The notes below the pieces were generated by a model, which saw nothing but the letters and a program-made list of their open reading frames with translations, was not told the origin of the DNA and ran no database searches. From the NCBI GenBank assembly GCA_050012395.1, contig JBEKHG010000021.1, forward strand, positions 7,834 through 71,833: a stretch of 64,000 nucleotides of DNA, in the 5' to 3' direction. The position numbers were made by a program, and so were the translations under genes. Numbering within the stretch: the first letter of the stretch is position 1; every line of letters starts with the position of its first letter. Shown here piece after piece: positions 8,668 to 18,288 of this stretch. This DNA is from Candidatus Acidiferrales bacterium (lineage in GTDB: Bacteria > Acidobacteriota > Terriglobia > Acidiferrales > UBA7541).

Positions 8668-9690
8668 TTAGGGCTTTGCAGCCGCAGGCTGCGCCGGCGC
8701 AGGAGGCACTGGTTTCGGAATACGCAAGGTCCACGAAAAACCGAAGACGAAAGTGCGGCCCTGGGGACGCGCGAGTGCGCGGTACTCATCATAATATTTG
8801 AAGAAGGTTGACAGATTCTTGGCTGGAAGAATGAAGTTGGCTTGAACACCGATGGCATGCACCGAGTAGAACGGGATTGAGCTCTCAGGGATCGGCGGCA
8901 AAGGAGGAGGGAGAGTTAATGTTCCGCTGCTGTGCGAAACTTGCCATTGGTCATACCCAACGACGCCGAGCTGAGCCAGCATGCTCATGTCTTTCTTTAT
9001 GGGAAGAACCTGGCCGATTCCCCATTCCATGGTGAACGCCTGACCGGGCGTAATATTTGTACCGCTCTTTTGCCCGTGGATCTCCCAGGCAGTGGCCAAG
9101 TTTGCAGTGGTCCCATGATTCTTGGTGATGTAGAGAGTAGTGCCACTGGTAATATCGTTACCCCAATATCCGGAACCCACGTTGTTGCTGGCTCCCTGAG
9201 TGAATCGGCCCGTAGGAGCGGTGAAAGCGTATCCGGCGTTGAAGTCCACTCGCGTCCCAAAGTGCCATCCGATGTTCAATGGTTCGACGAACATGTCGGC
9301 AAAACCAGAACCGCCTCCGGCAGCATTTAAGTTAGTTCCGGTGAAGCTAGCTACCAGCTCACCGCTCGCCCAGTTGAGTGCGACATAGGGCATGAAGTAG
9401 CCGCCGAGGAATTTGTGATCCGGGACGTAATAGAAAATATTTTCGTCCACCCAGAACGAATAGGTTCCTGTAATACCCGGAACGGCGTTTCCGTTGGGAC
9501 CATTCAATTGACTGGCGGAGTAATTGAGCGCCAGATTGGCGTAGGTGATACCCGGAGCGGGGATCACTCCGGCGTTCAGGCCAAATTGTCCGGGAACCCA
9601 TTGGCCTTTCTGTTGCGCCCGTACTGACGAAGCGCACGCCAGAATAAGCGTGGCGAGGACCACGAGTACAAACTTGGTTCGAAGAGTCAT
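8668..9690 (-). CDS. outer-membrane beta-barrel transporter (MetA-pathway/phenol-degradation-like family)
   Basis: AAGGAGAA RBS. Signal peptide ends ...SSVRAQQ. Alternating beta-strand pattern with aromatic-rich strands. Pro/Ala-rich C-terminal tail. Family call is from memory. Confidence 0.6.
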   Translation of the reverse strand: MTLRTKFVLVVLATLILACASSVRAQQKGQWVPGQFGLNAGVIPAPGITYANLALNYSASQLNGPNGNAVPGITGTYSFWVDENIFYYVPDHKFLGGYFMPYVALNWASGELVASFTGTNLNAAGGGSGFADMFVEPLNIGWHFGTRVDFNAGYAFTAPTGRFTQGASNNVGSGYWGNDITSGTTLYITKNHGTTANLATAWEIHGQKSGTNITPGQAFTMEWGIGQVLPIKKDMSMLAQLGVVGYDQWQVSHSSGTLTLPPPLPPIPESSIPFYSVHAIGVQANFILPAKNLSTFFKYYDEYRALARPQGRTFVFGFSWTLRIPKPVPPAPAQPAAAKP

Positions 9691-9741
9691 TTCGTTCTCC
9701 TTTTTTTCGGAACGGAACTCGTCTGCGTTCCATCAAGCCTA

Positions 9742-9777
9742 TTTCGGCGGAAATGGGCCGAACGGATGCCGACGTAG
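9742..9777 (+). pseudogene. remnant of an NTF2-like gene 3' end (FRRKWAERMPT*)
   Basis: 28/36 nt identical to 8607-8642 and 32/36 to 13361-13396. Similarity continues past the stop (TCTCGAG ... GAGCGCC). No upstream coding part remains. Confidence 0.5.
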
Positions 9778-9885
9778 TCTCGAGCCGGGAGAATCCGCGA
9801 GCGCCACCGCCATTTGCGGCTCGCAGCGCAATTGTCGAAAACAACGTTTACGCGAAGTGAGAGGAGGCTCGAAGCGGAGTGCGTG

Positions 9886-10836
9886 CTACTCGACGACCTC
9901 CCAATCGGCGGTTGGGTTGTATTCGCGTATCGAAGCCGCGACTTTGCTCGTCTCGTCGCCCAGGTCCTGCTGATACACATCACCTTCCTGGTTGATGATG
10001 AAGGTCATGATTCCGGACTCCCCATACTTGACCGGGGAGGCGATGATCGCGAACCCTCCACTCAATTTGCCGTCGATGATGTAACTCTTCGCTCCGCCTT
10101 GCGCCGCCTGCCCTCGCGCGGTCAAGATGCGGAAGGTGTAGCCGTCGATCACCGGCGCTCCGTTCGCTAGTGCATCCGCGGCAAACTCATTCACTCTGCC
10201 GAGCGGACTGAGTTCCTTGTCCTCCGGAACCTCCCAGTACAAACCGTCCTGTTTCCCCGGGGTACTGAAGATCTTCGTGGTGTAGAGGCCTGCCGGATTT
10301 CCGTCGTGGGAACGACGAGCGTAGATATCCTCGGCGTACGCAATGGCGCAAATAGCATCGATGGCCAACAGTTCATTGCGGCCGATCCGCCGCGCCAGGA
10401 TTTCATCGGAACCGCCGCGGGTGTCGAAAAACCATTTGGACGAACTGTTCTGCCGCAGAGGGATCGGAAACGGATAATTGTCCGCGCCGATTTTGAGGAT
10501 TTCCGTCCCGTCGGTCATCAACACCCAGCGATTCATTTCATCGTACTTGCTGACGAATTCCTGCAAGGCAGCCGCATCTTCCTTGAGGTCACCGGAACTC
10601 ATAATCGCCTTGGACTCGGGCCCCAGGATTGAGTTCAAGGCGCTTTCATCTCCCTTCTGCGCCGCGTTACGAAGCGCTGTGCCGGCTTCCGACGGCCCGG
10701 AAAAAGTGACTTGGTCGGTAGTGGGAGACGATGCCGCTTTTGCGGAATGAATGCCGACGCTTCCCAGAGCGAAGAGAGCCATCACCAGCCAGTGCAACCT
10801 TTTTTTGCCACCTGATACTTTCGTTTGCAGATTCAT
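9886..10836 (-). CDS. DUF2950-family secreted protein
   Basis: Signal peptide present. The C-terminal FRILTARGQAAQGGAKSYIIDGKLSGGFAIIASPVKYGESGIMTFIINQEGDVYQQDLG matches the DUF2950 signature. Confidence 0.85.
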   Translation of the reverse strand: MNLQTKVSGGKKRLHWLVMALFALGSVGIHSAKAASSPTTDQVTFSGPSEAGTALRNAAQKGDESALNSILGPESKAIMSSGDLKEDAAALQEFVSKYDEMNRWVLMTDGTEILKIGADNYPFPIPLRQNSSSKWFFDTRGGSDEILARRIGRNELLAIDAICAIAYAEDIYARRSHDGNPAGLYTTKIFSTPGKQDGLYWEVPEDKELSPLGRVNEFAADALANGAPVIDGYTFRILTARGQAAQGGAKSYIIDGKLSGGFAIIASPVKYGESGIMTFIINQEGDVYQQDLGDETSKVAASIREYNPTADWEVVE

Positions 10837-10933
10837 TTTCGCGCCTCTCGCTTCTTATATACGGTTCATTCTTCTTTTTACTTTTTGCAATCCCCGTCGT
10901 ATTCAGGCTACGAGCTCCATCTTCCGGCATCTG

Positions 10934-12784
10934 TTATCGATGGTGCCCGGACGAGTGCGCATGCGACTCGTGCGGATGCGAAGCGTGGGTACTCTCGGAG
11001 CGATGCATACTGTCTCGCCCGCGAGCGCTTTCGGCGTGAGCGCGTCCGCCATCCCCACTCCAGGCGCTGTGGCCGCCCTCTGGCTTGCCGCCGCGCGTGT
11101 CGTTGTGGTAGCCGCCTGCCGGCGCGACGCCGGGTCCATTCTTCCCCGCATTAGGATTTTGGACGCCGCCCTTGCCGCCGATTAATCCGTGATCGCCGTT
11201 GTGCCCACCATTAGGCTCATCCTTTGTCGGAATCTGGGAGTTGGGGTGCCAGCCGCCGTCGGGGCCATAATACCCGTTCGCGTGATAGGCGCCGCCGGGG
11301 CCGTAGTGGGTGTCCTGGCCCGGATGCCAACCAGCTTCGGGATGATAGTAGCCGCTCGGGCCATAGTATCCGTGCGGGTTGTCGGGATGATCGCCATTCG
11401 GGACAGCGCCGCCTCCCCGGTTCGGTCCCCAGGGATGGTAATTGTTGTAATTCGCGCCGTGCCAATTGTGGATATTCGTTCTGTTGATGTAGGTGTTGTT
11501 GTTGAAAATGACGGTTCCTCCGCCGCCACCGCCGCCCCAGTTGCAGCCCCACGCGTGCCAGCCCCAACCAAAGCCCACGCCTCCGACAACGGCGCCTCCC
11601 CCACCGAAGAATCCAATTGAAACGCCGGCCCCGAATGAAAGGCCAGCGCCAATGGCGACTCCGGCGAAGACAGCCGGCGTGTAGTAGGGCACCACATACG
11701 GCGTGCCGTAAACGACCGCCGGGTTGTACTGCGGCACATAAACCACCTGTGGATCGGCCGGCTGAATCACGATGGTGCTGGGAGACTGCTGAACAACTTG
11801 GATCTGCGGAGTGGACGCCAATGTGCCCGCCGCTTGTGCTTTGGCGCGCATGGCCTGAATCGCCGCCATCACGTCGGGCTCCTGATTGTGGAAGGCCTCT
11901 CCGAGGTTGGAAGTCCATGTGAGGTTGGTAGCCATCGCGTGCAGCACTGTGGGAAATTGCGTGATTGCCTTCACACTGGAGTCCCAAGGTTGCTGGTCCG
12001 CTGCCTGAGCCAGAGCCGCGCCCGTTAAGGTCTTGTTCTGTGACTCCCAATAATCAGCGAACGCAATTTGCTCGGGGTAGCTGGCTGCGGCAAGCACTTG
12101 CGCAACCAGCGAATCCGGATAGAGCGCGATGGGGGCGACAAGGGCTTGCAGTTGTTCCGGAGTCTGGGGCGCTGGCGCCGGTGCCGGTGCTGAACTGCTT
12201 TGCTCAGGCGTCGAACTGGTTTCTGCCGTCGCGTCCGGCGGCGCTGCTTCTTGTTCTGCAGGTGCGGGCGCTGGCGCAGGCGGCGGAAGAGCGGGCGCCG
12301 GCGGTGGCGTAGGCGCAGGAGGTGGCACAGGCGCAAGAGGCGGCGTGGGAACCAACATCGGCATGCCGGAAAGTATTGTGCCGGTCGGATAATCCTGGCT
12401 CGACGCGGTGGTGCGAATGGCTTCCCACGAGGCGCGCCGGCCATGGATTCCGTAGGATCCAGTTATAGTGTCTCCAAAAATATCGCCGCCAAAATGGAGC
12501 ACATTGCGAGTTACGGTGCTGAACCGTATGCGATGTCCGTGGACCTCGCCTTCAATGGCGCCTGACTGCATGGGCCCGTCGAAGTGACCCGTGATTTGGT
12601 TGCCGTACTGCACGATCTGAACGTGCTTAACCTCGATGCTGCCGTTCTCGGCATTCGTGGAATAAATAATCCAATCGCCTGCCACATTGTCGGGCGGCTT
12701 CTGTGCCGGTGTCGCACTGCAAACCAAGAGGGAAAATAGAGCAATACCAACAAGCCTGAGCGCCGCGCTGATTTTCTCCATCAC
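10934..12784 (-). CDS. DUF3300-domain protein with extra N-terminal domain and Gly/His/Tyr-rich tail
   Basis: LVAPIALYPDSLVAQVLAAASYPEQIAFADYW is the DUF3300 core. A signal peptide, a ~130-aa N-terminal domain and a Pro-rich linker precede it. The C-terminal ~220 aa are low-complexity. Confidence 0.85.
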   Translation of the reverse strand: MMEKISAALRLVGIALFSLLVCSATPAQKPPDNVAGDWIIYSTNAENGSIEVKHVQIVQYGNQITGHFDGPMQSGAIEGEVHGHRIRFSTVTRNVLHFGGDIFGDTITGSYGIHGRRASWEAIRTTASSQDYPTGTILSGMPMLVPTPPLAPVPPPAPTPPPAPALPPPAPAPAPAEQEAAPPDATAETSSTPEQSSSAPAPAPAPQTPEQLQALVAPIALYPDSLVAQVLAAASYPEQIAFADYWESQNKTLTGAALAQAADQQPWDSSVKAITQFPTVLHAMATNLTWTSNLGEAFHNQEPDVMAAIQAMRAKAQAAGTLASTPQIQVVQQSPSTIVIQPADPQVVYVPQYNPAVVYGTPYVVPYYTPAVFAGVAIGAGLSFGAGVSIGFFGGGGAVVGGVGFGWGWHAWGCNWGGGGGGGTVIFNNNTYINRTNIHNWHGANYNNYHPWGPNRGGGAVPNGDHPDNPHGYYGPSGYYHPEAGWHPGQDTHYGPGGAYHANGYYGPDGGWHPNSQIPTKDEPNGGHNGDHGLIGGKGGVQNPNAGKNGPGVAPAGGYHNDTRGGKPEGGHSAWSGDGGRAHAESARGRDSMHRSESTHASHPHESHAHSSGHHR

Positions 12785-12893
12785 ATTCTCCTTCTTCTCG
12801 TTGCGAGGGCTCTTCGGGTTTGTCGGTTGCCTGGCTAACGCAGCGCATTATAACCACAAACGAATAACGCGGAACAGCCGGGGCCCGGAAAAA

Positions 12894-13250
12894 CTATATG
12901 GAACGGAAGAATTGGATGGCGCCGACGAAAATGCAGACGATGGCCGACCACAGGAGAATGAATCGGACCCAGAGCAGGAAACGGAACCATCGGATGCTGT
13001 CGTCGCCGATTTCTTTGAGCGGGAGGATCACGGCGACGGTGGGGAAAATCGCGAAGACCCACCAATGCAAGGAGGATTGCAGCGCGAGCTTGTGAGGTGC
13101 GTCGAGCGAGGTGGCCAGATAGGTGACGCCGGCGACGATGGCGAAGCTGAGGAACAGTAACACTTGCGTGGCGGTGTTGTTGAGTTCCTGGAGACGGAAG
13201 GCGAGATGGGTGAGGTTCGAGCGTTCGGAATCGGTGGGAGCGGGATGCAC
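12894..13250 (-). CDS. hypothetical small membrane protein
   Basis: 118-aa ORF with a GTG start, three hydrophobic helices and GC-rich third codon positions. No RBS or family recognised. Confidence 0.45.
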   Translation of the reverse strand: MHPAPTDSERSNLTHLAFRLQELNNTATQVLLFLSFAIVAGVTYLATSLDAPHKLALQSSLHWWVFAIFPTVAVILPLKEIGDDSIRWFRFLLWVRFILLWSAIVCIFVGAIQFFRSI

Positions 13251-13309
13251 GGGCGAATTCTACAGCATTCGAAGGCAATTCCATGCCGAGAAAGACATGG
13301 CTGGCACGA

Positions 13310-13396
13310 AAGGATGTGCGGGAAACACAGTACTTTGGGGATCCATTCGTGGCTCGCGCATTTCGCGCGAAATGGGCCGAACGGATGCCCACGTAG
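13310..13396 (+). pseudogene. truncated NTF2-like paralog (last ~28 codons only)
   Basis: 73/87 nt identical in frame to 8556-8642 (KDVRETQYFGDPFVARAFRAKWAERMPT*). Many of the differences are synonymous. The N-terminal ~120 codons are absent. Confidence 0.65.
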
Positions 13397-13477
13397 ATTT
13401 CGGTTCCCGGTTAAAGCGAGAATTCGTGTCAGACTCGCGGATTGCCCAGACAACAATCGCAGCACTATACTTGCTTC

Positions 13478-14347
13478 GTGCCACCCATTTATCTCGGAAC
13501 CTCCGCATTCACCGCAGCCGGGTGGAAAACAGCGTTCTATCCTTCCGGAATGAGGTCAGCAGATTACCTCACCTACTACGCGACGAAGTTTCAGACAGTC
13601 GAAATAGACTCCACTTTTTATGCGACACCGGCGGCAAGCACGGTGATTGGCTGGAGAAATAAAACCCCGGAGAGTTTCATTATTGCAGCAAAAGTTCCTC
13701 AAGAAATCACGCACGAAAAGTGCTTGCTGGAATGCGACAAAGAGTTCGAAATCTTCGTTGAAACGATGAGCCTATTGGGAAACCGGCTCGGTCCCCTCCT
13801 GCTCCAGTTTCCCTACTTCAGCCCGGAAGTATTCCAGTCCGGGGTGCAATTCCTGTCCCGACTTAAGGCATTTTTCAAGAGGTTGCCCGCTGACAAGAAG
13901 TTTGCCATCGAGATTCGAAACAAATCGTGGATCAAACCTCAATTTCTGGATCTGCTCCGCGAATATAACGTTGCCTTTGTGCTGCAAGATCAATCGTGGA
14001 TGCCCGGACCGGCCGAAGTCTTCGAGAAATACGATCCCATTACAGCGGACTTCACGTACATCCGCTGGCTGGGCGACCGAAAAGGAATCGAGAAGATCAC
14101 GAAGGTTTGGGATAAGACGATCGTTGATCGCACGGCTGAGTTGCAGGAGTGGGTAAAGCATTGCCAGAAGATCCAGAAACGAGGAGTTACGATTTACGCT
14201 TACGCCAACAATCATTACGCGGGATTCGGGCCGGCGACTGTTGAACAGTTTCGGTCGCTTTGCAGAGAAAAAGGAATTGAAATTCCAAGCGCGGTACAAC
14301 TGCCGATGAAGCTGGAAGCTGGAACACTCTTTGACAATTCCCAGTAG
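13478..14347 (+). CDS. DUF72-family protein
   Basis: IYLGTSAFTAAGW ... YYATKFQTVEIDSTFY is the DUF72 N-terminal signature. GTG 13478 is preferred over TTG 13442 in the ORF track. Confidence 0.85.
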   Translation: MPPIYLGTSAFTAAGWKTAFYPSGMRSADYLTYYATKFQTVEIDSTFYATPAASTVIGWRNKTPESFIIAAKVPQEITHEKCLLECDKEFEIFVETMSLLGNRLGPLLLQFPYFSPEVFQSGVQFLSRLKAFFKRLPADKKFAIEIRNKSWIKPQFLDLLREYNVAFVLQDQSWMPGPAEVFEKYDPITADFTYIRWLGDRKGIEKITKVWDKTIVDRTAELQEWVKHCQKIQKRGVTIYAYANNHYAGFGPATVEQFRSLCREKGIEIPSAVQLPMKLEAGTLFDNSQ

Positions 14348-14599
14348 GTGGAAGGGAACTCCCTACCTGGAATAAACTTTATCAGCGGAAGAAGAAATCT
14401 CCCCAACTTGTCTGAGCCCTCTGTATCTGAGGTACTCGTAGTAATCGAACACAATTCATTTCTGCAACCAATTGTCCGCTTCTTGGACGGTGACGTACTT
14501 CCAAGGAAGGAATCGAACGATCCGATTAACGTGGTTGCCGGGAAGTCACGCTGCATGATATGGGATATCGTTGCAGTACACCCGATGGAGGGACGAGAG

Positions 14600-15073
14600 A
14601 TGGATTGGAAACAGTTGGTCCAGTTTGCGCTGCAGGGTAGCAGCGGGTTGGAGCAATATGCCATTTTGCTGGTACGCGTTTCGATTGGGCTCTTCTTTGC
14701 CATCTCCGGGGCAAATAAATTATTTGTACCGGGCGGCACGAGACCTGTTTACGAAACGCTGGTTAAGGCCAAAGTCCCGTTTCCCCGGCAGACGGCTTAT
14801 TTCGTGGCGAGTGTGGAGTTCGTTTGCGGGTCCTTGGCGGCTGTGGGGTTTCTTTCGAGCCCGGCCTGCGCGGCATTAATGATCGATATGATTGTCGCCA
14901 CGCTGACCAACGCGATTTCCACCTTGCCGAAAGGGCTTTCACCCCTGAGCTGGCTCGACGATTTCCTCTACCTTCCGGAAGTCTTGTACGTGCTCTTCTT
15001 TATCTGGCTGATCTGCTCTGGCCCGGGAAAATTCAGTGTGGATTACTGGCTGGCCGGGAAGTTACTGGGGTGA
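14600..15073 (+). CDS. DoxX-family membrane protein
   Basis: GGAGG RBS before ATG 14600. Four TM helices. LLVRVSIGLFFAISGANKLF is typical of DoxX. Confidence 0.7.
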   Translation: MDWKQLVQFALQGSSGLEQYAILLVRVSIGLFFAISGANKLFVPGGTRPVYETLVKAKVPFPRQTAYFVASVEFVCGSLAAVGFLSSPACAALMIDMIVATLTNAISTLPKGLSPLSWLDDFLYLPEVLYVLFFIWLICSGPGKFSVDYWLAGKLLG

Positions 15074-15112
15074 TCGATCGACGAAACAGTTTGTTCTACC
15101 GCTTTTCCGTGT

Positions 15113-16027
15113 TCATCCTGCTCTCGGAATGAAGCCTGGAACGCCGGTTGCCACCACTGTATTCAGCCGCCGCCTGGTCTGAATGCGGTTGATTTCGTCG
15201 AGCGCGTATTGCGGAAGAGCGGAAATGTCGAAATTCTCTTTCGCACGGGCCGCACTCGTGGGCGTGGTAAGCAAAGCCGTGCCGCGCTGCACCGCCCAAG
15301 CAAGCAGGACCTGCGCCGGCGTCTTTCGAACTCGCGTAGCGATAGCCGTAATGACCGGATCTTCGAGAAGCCCCGGCTTCATGCCGTGGCCTAACGGCGC
15401 AAAAGCCAGAAGCACAATGCCGTTCTGCTTACAGTATTCCAACAGCTCGGTTTCCGGCAGATACGGATGCGATTCTACCTGGACCACGGCGGGCTTCAGT
15501 TGCTTTAGATCGATGTCCGAAAGGCCGATGGCCCGGCACTTGCCGTGATCGACAAGAGTTTCCATCGCTTTCCAGGTGTCGAACAGAGTCACGCCGCGAT
15601 CGTAAATCACGTTGCCATTTTGATCCCGCGGATCCTGATTGTCTCCGGGTTGAAATGCAAATGGAGTGTGAATGAGATAGAGATCCAGATAGTTTAGCCG
15701 GAGCCTTTGCAGGCTCGCTTCGAAAGCCGGTTCCACGCGCTCGGGCCGGTGATTGGAGTTCCACAACTTTGTGGTGACGAAAATATCTTCGCGCGCGATG
15801 TTTCCGGCGGCGGCAAGTCCTGCCTGCAACGCGCTGCCTACTTCGCGCTCGTTCCCGTACCGTTCCGCGCAATCGAAGTGTCGAAACCCAGCTTCCAGCG
15901 CGTCTCTGGTCGCACTTATCGTCACAACTGGATCGGGAATTAAGGTGCCGAAGCCGAGTGCAGGAATACGACCGGCTCCGTGGCTGAGTGGAATTCTCGT
16001 CATTCGGAGATCAGTAGGGTCGAGCAT
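15113..16027 (-). CDS. aldo/keto reductase
   Basis: GGAGG RBS. IPALGFGT ... FDCAERYGNEREVG ... LWNSNH ... LIHTP are AKR motifs. Confidence 0.9.
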   Translation of the reverse strand: MLDPTDLRMTRIPLSHGAGRIPALGFGTLIPDPVVTISATRDALEAGFRHFDCAERYGNEREVGSALQAGLAAAGNIAREDIFVTTKLWNSNHRPERVEPAFEASLQRLRLNYLDLYLIHTPFAFQPGDNQDPRDQNGNVIYDRGVTLFDTWKAMETLVDHGKCRAIGLSDIDLKQLKPAVVQVESHPYLPETELLEYCKQNGIVLLAFAPLGHGMKPGLLEDPVITAIATRVRKTPAQVLLAWAVQRGTALLTTPTSAARAKENFDISALPQYALDEINRIQTRRRLNTVVATGVPGFIPRAG

Positions 16028-16242
16028 GGTTATACCTCCAAATCCAAGACGAAAATGGGCAGACTCTGCAGCGGGCCCCGTTCAGAAAACGAGCGAAGTG
16101 GGGAGTTTACAACGAAATCGGAGGGCCCAATCGCTATTAGTCAAATGGCCGGACATCTGAGCTACGGACCCGCTTTATCCGCGGAACGTTAGCGAAGAGG
16201 TGGACACGCCGGAGTTCCATCGGGAAGCTGGTGTAACTTATA

Positions 16243-17148
16243 ATGCTCGGCGTGAAAGCACGACTACTGCTGGCCAATACGTTCCTTCTTTTTTATTTGT
16301 TTTCGGCAAATGCACAACAAGCGCCGTTGAAAGTTTTAATTTCGGCTGATATGGAAGGCGTCGCCGATGTCACCAACTGGAAGATCGATTCTCAACCCGC
16401 AGGGCGCGACTACGCGCAGATGCGCCGGCTGATGACCAACGAAGTGAACGCCGCGGTCAGCGCTGCGTTCGATGCCGGCGCTACGGAAGTCACAGTTGCC
16501 GACTCACATGGCGATTTCGCAAATCTTGATCCCGAGGCGCTGGACCCGCGATGCAATCTAGTTCGCGGATGGCCTCGACCGCTCGGCATGATGCAGGGGC
16601 TGAGGGCCGATACGGCAGCGGTGGTTTTCATCGGCTACCACGCGCCGGAGGGAAGCCCAAATGCGATACTCGCGCATACGTTTACCGGCAGCATGGATCT
16701 TCGGCTCAACGGCAAATCAGTGTCTGAGGGCGCTTTCAACGCGGCGGTAGCCGCGGAACTTCATGTGCCGGTCGTGTTTTTGTCAGGTGACGACCAAGCA
16801 GTGGCCGACGCGAAAGCCAATATCGGCCCGATCGAGACGGTCAGCACGAAAGAATCTTTGGGTTTTAATGCTGGGATCATGAAGGCGCCCGCAACGGTCA
16901 CGCTGGCGATTCGTGAAGGAGTACTTCGCGGCATTCGCCGAAGGGCCGACTTTCACCCCGTCGCGCCCACTACACCGATAGTTCTGGAGTGGCGTTTTAA
17001 TAATGTGACGCAAGCAGATCTGGTGAGCTACTTGCCCAGCGCAACGCGCATTGACGGCTACACCGTGCGGTTCACAGTGCGCAGCATGACGGAAGCATCC
17101 CGCCTGCTCACCGTCGTGAACGTAATCTCCGCCACTTCGCACGAATAG
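16243..17148 (+). CDS. M55-family metallopeptidase (DppA-like D-aminopeptidase)
   Basis: ISADMEGVADV near the N-terminus and ADSHGDFANL. Carries a signal-like N-terminus. Confidence 0.8.
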   Translation: MLGVKARLLLANTFLLFYLFSANAQQAPLKVLISADMEGVADVTNWKIDSQPAGRDYAQMRRLMTNEVNAAVSAAFDAGATEVTVADSHGDFANLDPEALDPRCNLVRGWPRPLGMMQGLRADTAAVVFIGYHAPEGSPNAILAHTFTGSMDLRLNGKSVSEGAFNAAVAAELHVPVVFLSGDDQAVADAKANIGPIETVSTKESLGFNAGIMKAPATVTLAIREGVLRGIRRRADFHPVAPTTPIVLEWRFNNVTQADLVSYLPSATRIDGYTVRFTVRSMTEASRLLTVVNVISATSHE

Positions 17149-17388
17149 CAGTGAAATGTGGCCAGTCAGGGTAGCAACAGGGGAATCATGGGGCGGCCGA
17201 GGTCCAAGAAGTACTTCTCTGGGCTACTCTCCATTTGCACAAGGTGACAAGACCTTTCCGAGGATGTGCAAAACCCTTGCGCGGGAAGGCCACACACCAA
17301 GAATATGTCCTTTATTTACGGCGAATTGGATTTGGAATTTGGCTTGCTTGGGTACTGTCACCGTTTTCCGCAGAACTAAGGGGGAAAT

Positions 17389-17943
17389 ATGAACCGAAGG
17401 ATTTTCTGGGCCCCGGCAATAGCTTTAGCCCTATTGATTTTCCTCTGCATACCCTCGGTTGCATCTGCCGACAGCAACAAGACCTGGACCATAACGGATG
17501 CTATTTCGAGCGACGGCTCGACGATCTCGGGGTCGTTTGCCTACAACGCAGGTACGGGCCTATTCAGCAGCATTGATATCGTCACCACGGTCGGCTCGGC
17601 TTTTGGTGGGTCCACCTACACGGTTGTGGACGATGGCTTCTACAATGCCAACGAACTTGTGGTTATGGCTAACAATTCGTATGCTGAGGGCACCCCGGTA
17701 TTGGCCCTTGATTTTTCACCTGGTCTTACCAGTGCGGGCGGGGAAGATTTATTCCTGGCCTTTGAAGGTCTCTGCAACGCTGGATGCACTAATTTTGAAG
17801 GTGGAGACGGGGGAGAGGGAGGAGGGGCCCTCAGGGAATTCGAAGGCTATGTCGTCACATCCCCGGAGCCGAGCTTGATTTTGTTCCTGGGTACCGGGCT
17901 TCTGGGATTGGTCCCCTTACGGCGAAAGCTGGTCAGCCGCTAG
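17389..17943 (+). CDS. PEP-CTERM sorting-domain protein
   Basis: Signal peptide present. The C-terminus SPEPSLILFLGTGLLGLVPLRRKL gives PEP motif, TM helix and basic cluster. Confidence 0.85.
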   Translation: MNRRIFWAPAIALALLIFLCIPSVASADSNKTWTITDAISSDGSTISGSFAYNAGTGLFSSIDIVTTVGSAFGGSTYTVVDDGFYNANELVVMANNSYAEGTPVLALDFSPGLTSAGGEDLFLAFEGLCNAGCTNFEGGDGGEGGGALREFEGYVVTSPEPSLILFLGTGLLGLVPLRRKLVSR

Positions 17944-17977
17944 GTCAAAAAAACTAAATCGCGACATTTCGCAAAGA

Positions 17978-18016
17978 ACAGGCGACTCAGACAACTGGCT
18001 CGCCTGTTTCTTTTCT
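17978..18016 (+). terminator. candidate intrinsic terminator
   Basis: ACAGGCGA (17978-17985) pairs with TCGCCTGT (18000-18007). TTCTTTTCT follows. The loop is long (14 nt). Confidence 0.5.
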
Positions 18017-18092
18017 GCCCACCACCGTATGCATTTTTCCGAGCCGGGAAAAGTTTGCGCGTCTTCCCATGCGACAAACTGCGCCATAAATT

Positions 18093-18266
18093 TTAGATTT
18101 TAGGGTGCTTAAAATCTTTCTTGAGCCGGATTTTTACCCACCCTCCGAGTGCGGCGTAATCGCGCTGGCTTAGTATTCGTGCTGCTTCACGAGTTTCGCC
18201 GACTTTCAGCAGCAATTCCTGCCTCTGCTTACCATCCAAACCGTTGTAATTCTGTTCTGCGGGCAT
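18093..18266 (-). CDS. tiny hypothetical protein (57 aa)
   Basis: AGGAGG RBS upstream of ATG 18266. Starts 22 nt downstream of the preceding small ORF. Lies in an AT-rich region. Confidence 0.45.
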   Translation of the reverse strand: MPAEQNYNGLDGKQRQELLLKVGETREAARILSQRDYAALGGWVKIRLKKDFKHPKI

Positions 18267-18288
18267 AAGTGTCCTGACCTCCTGGATG

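Noticed and set aside
11182-12565. Multiple 100-280 aa ORFs in other frames and on the other strand inside the DUF3300 gene
   Set aside because: They are Pro/Arg/Gly-rich translations of a GC-rich low-complexity coding region. The DUF3300 frame carries the only recognisable domain, signal peptide and RBS.
14348-14599. 84-codon N-terminal extension of the DoxX ORF, beginning immediately after the DUF72 stop
   Set aside because: It has no similarity to DoxX proteins and an odd composition. A GGAGG RBS precedes ATG 14600, which gives a normal-length DoxX.
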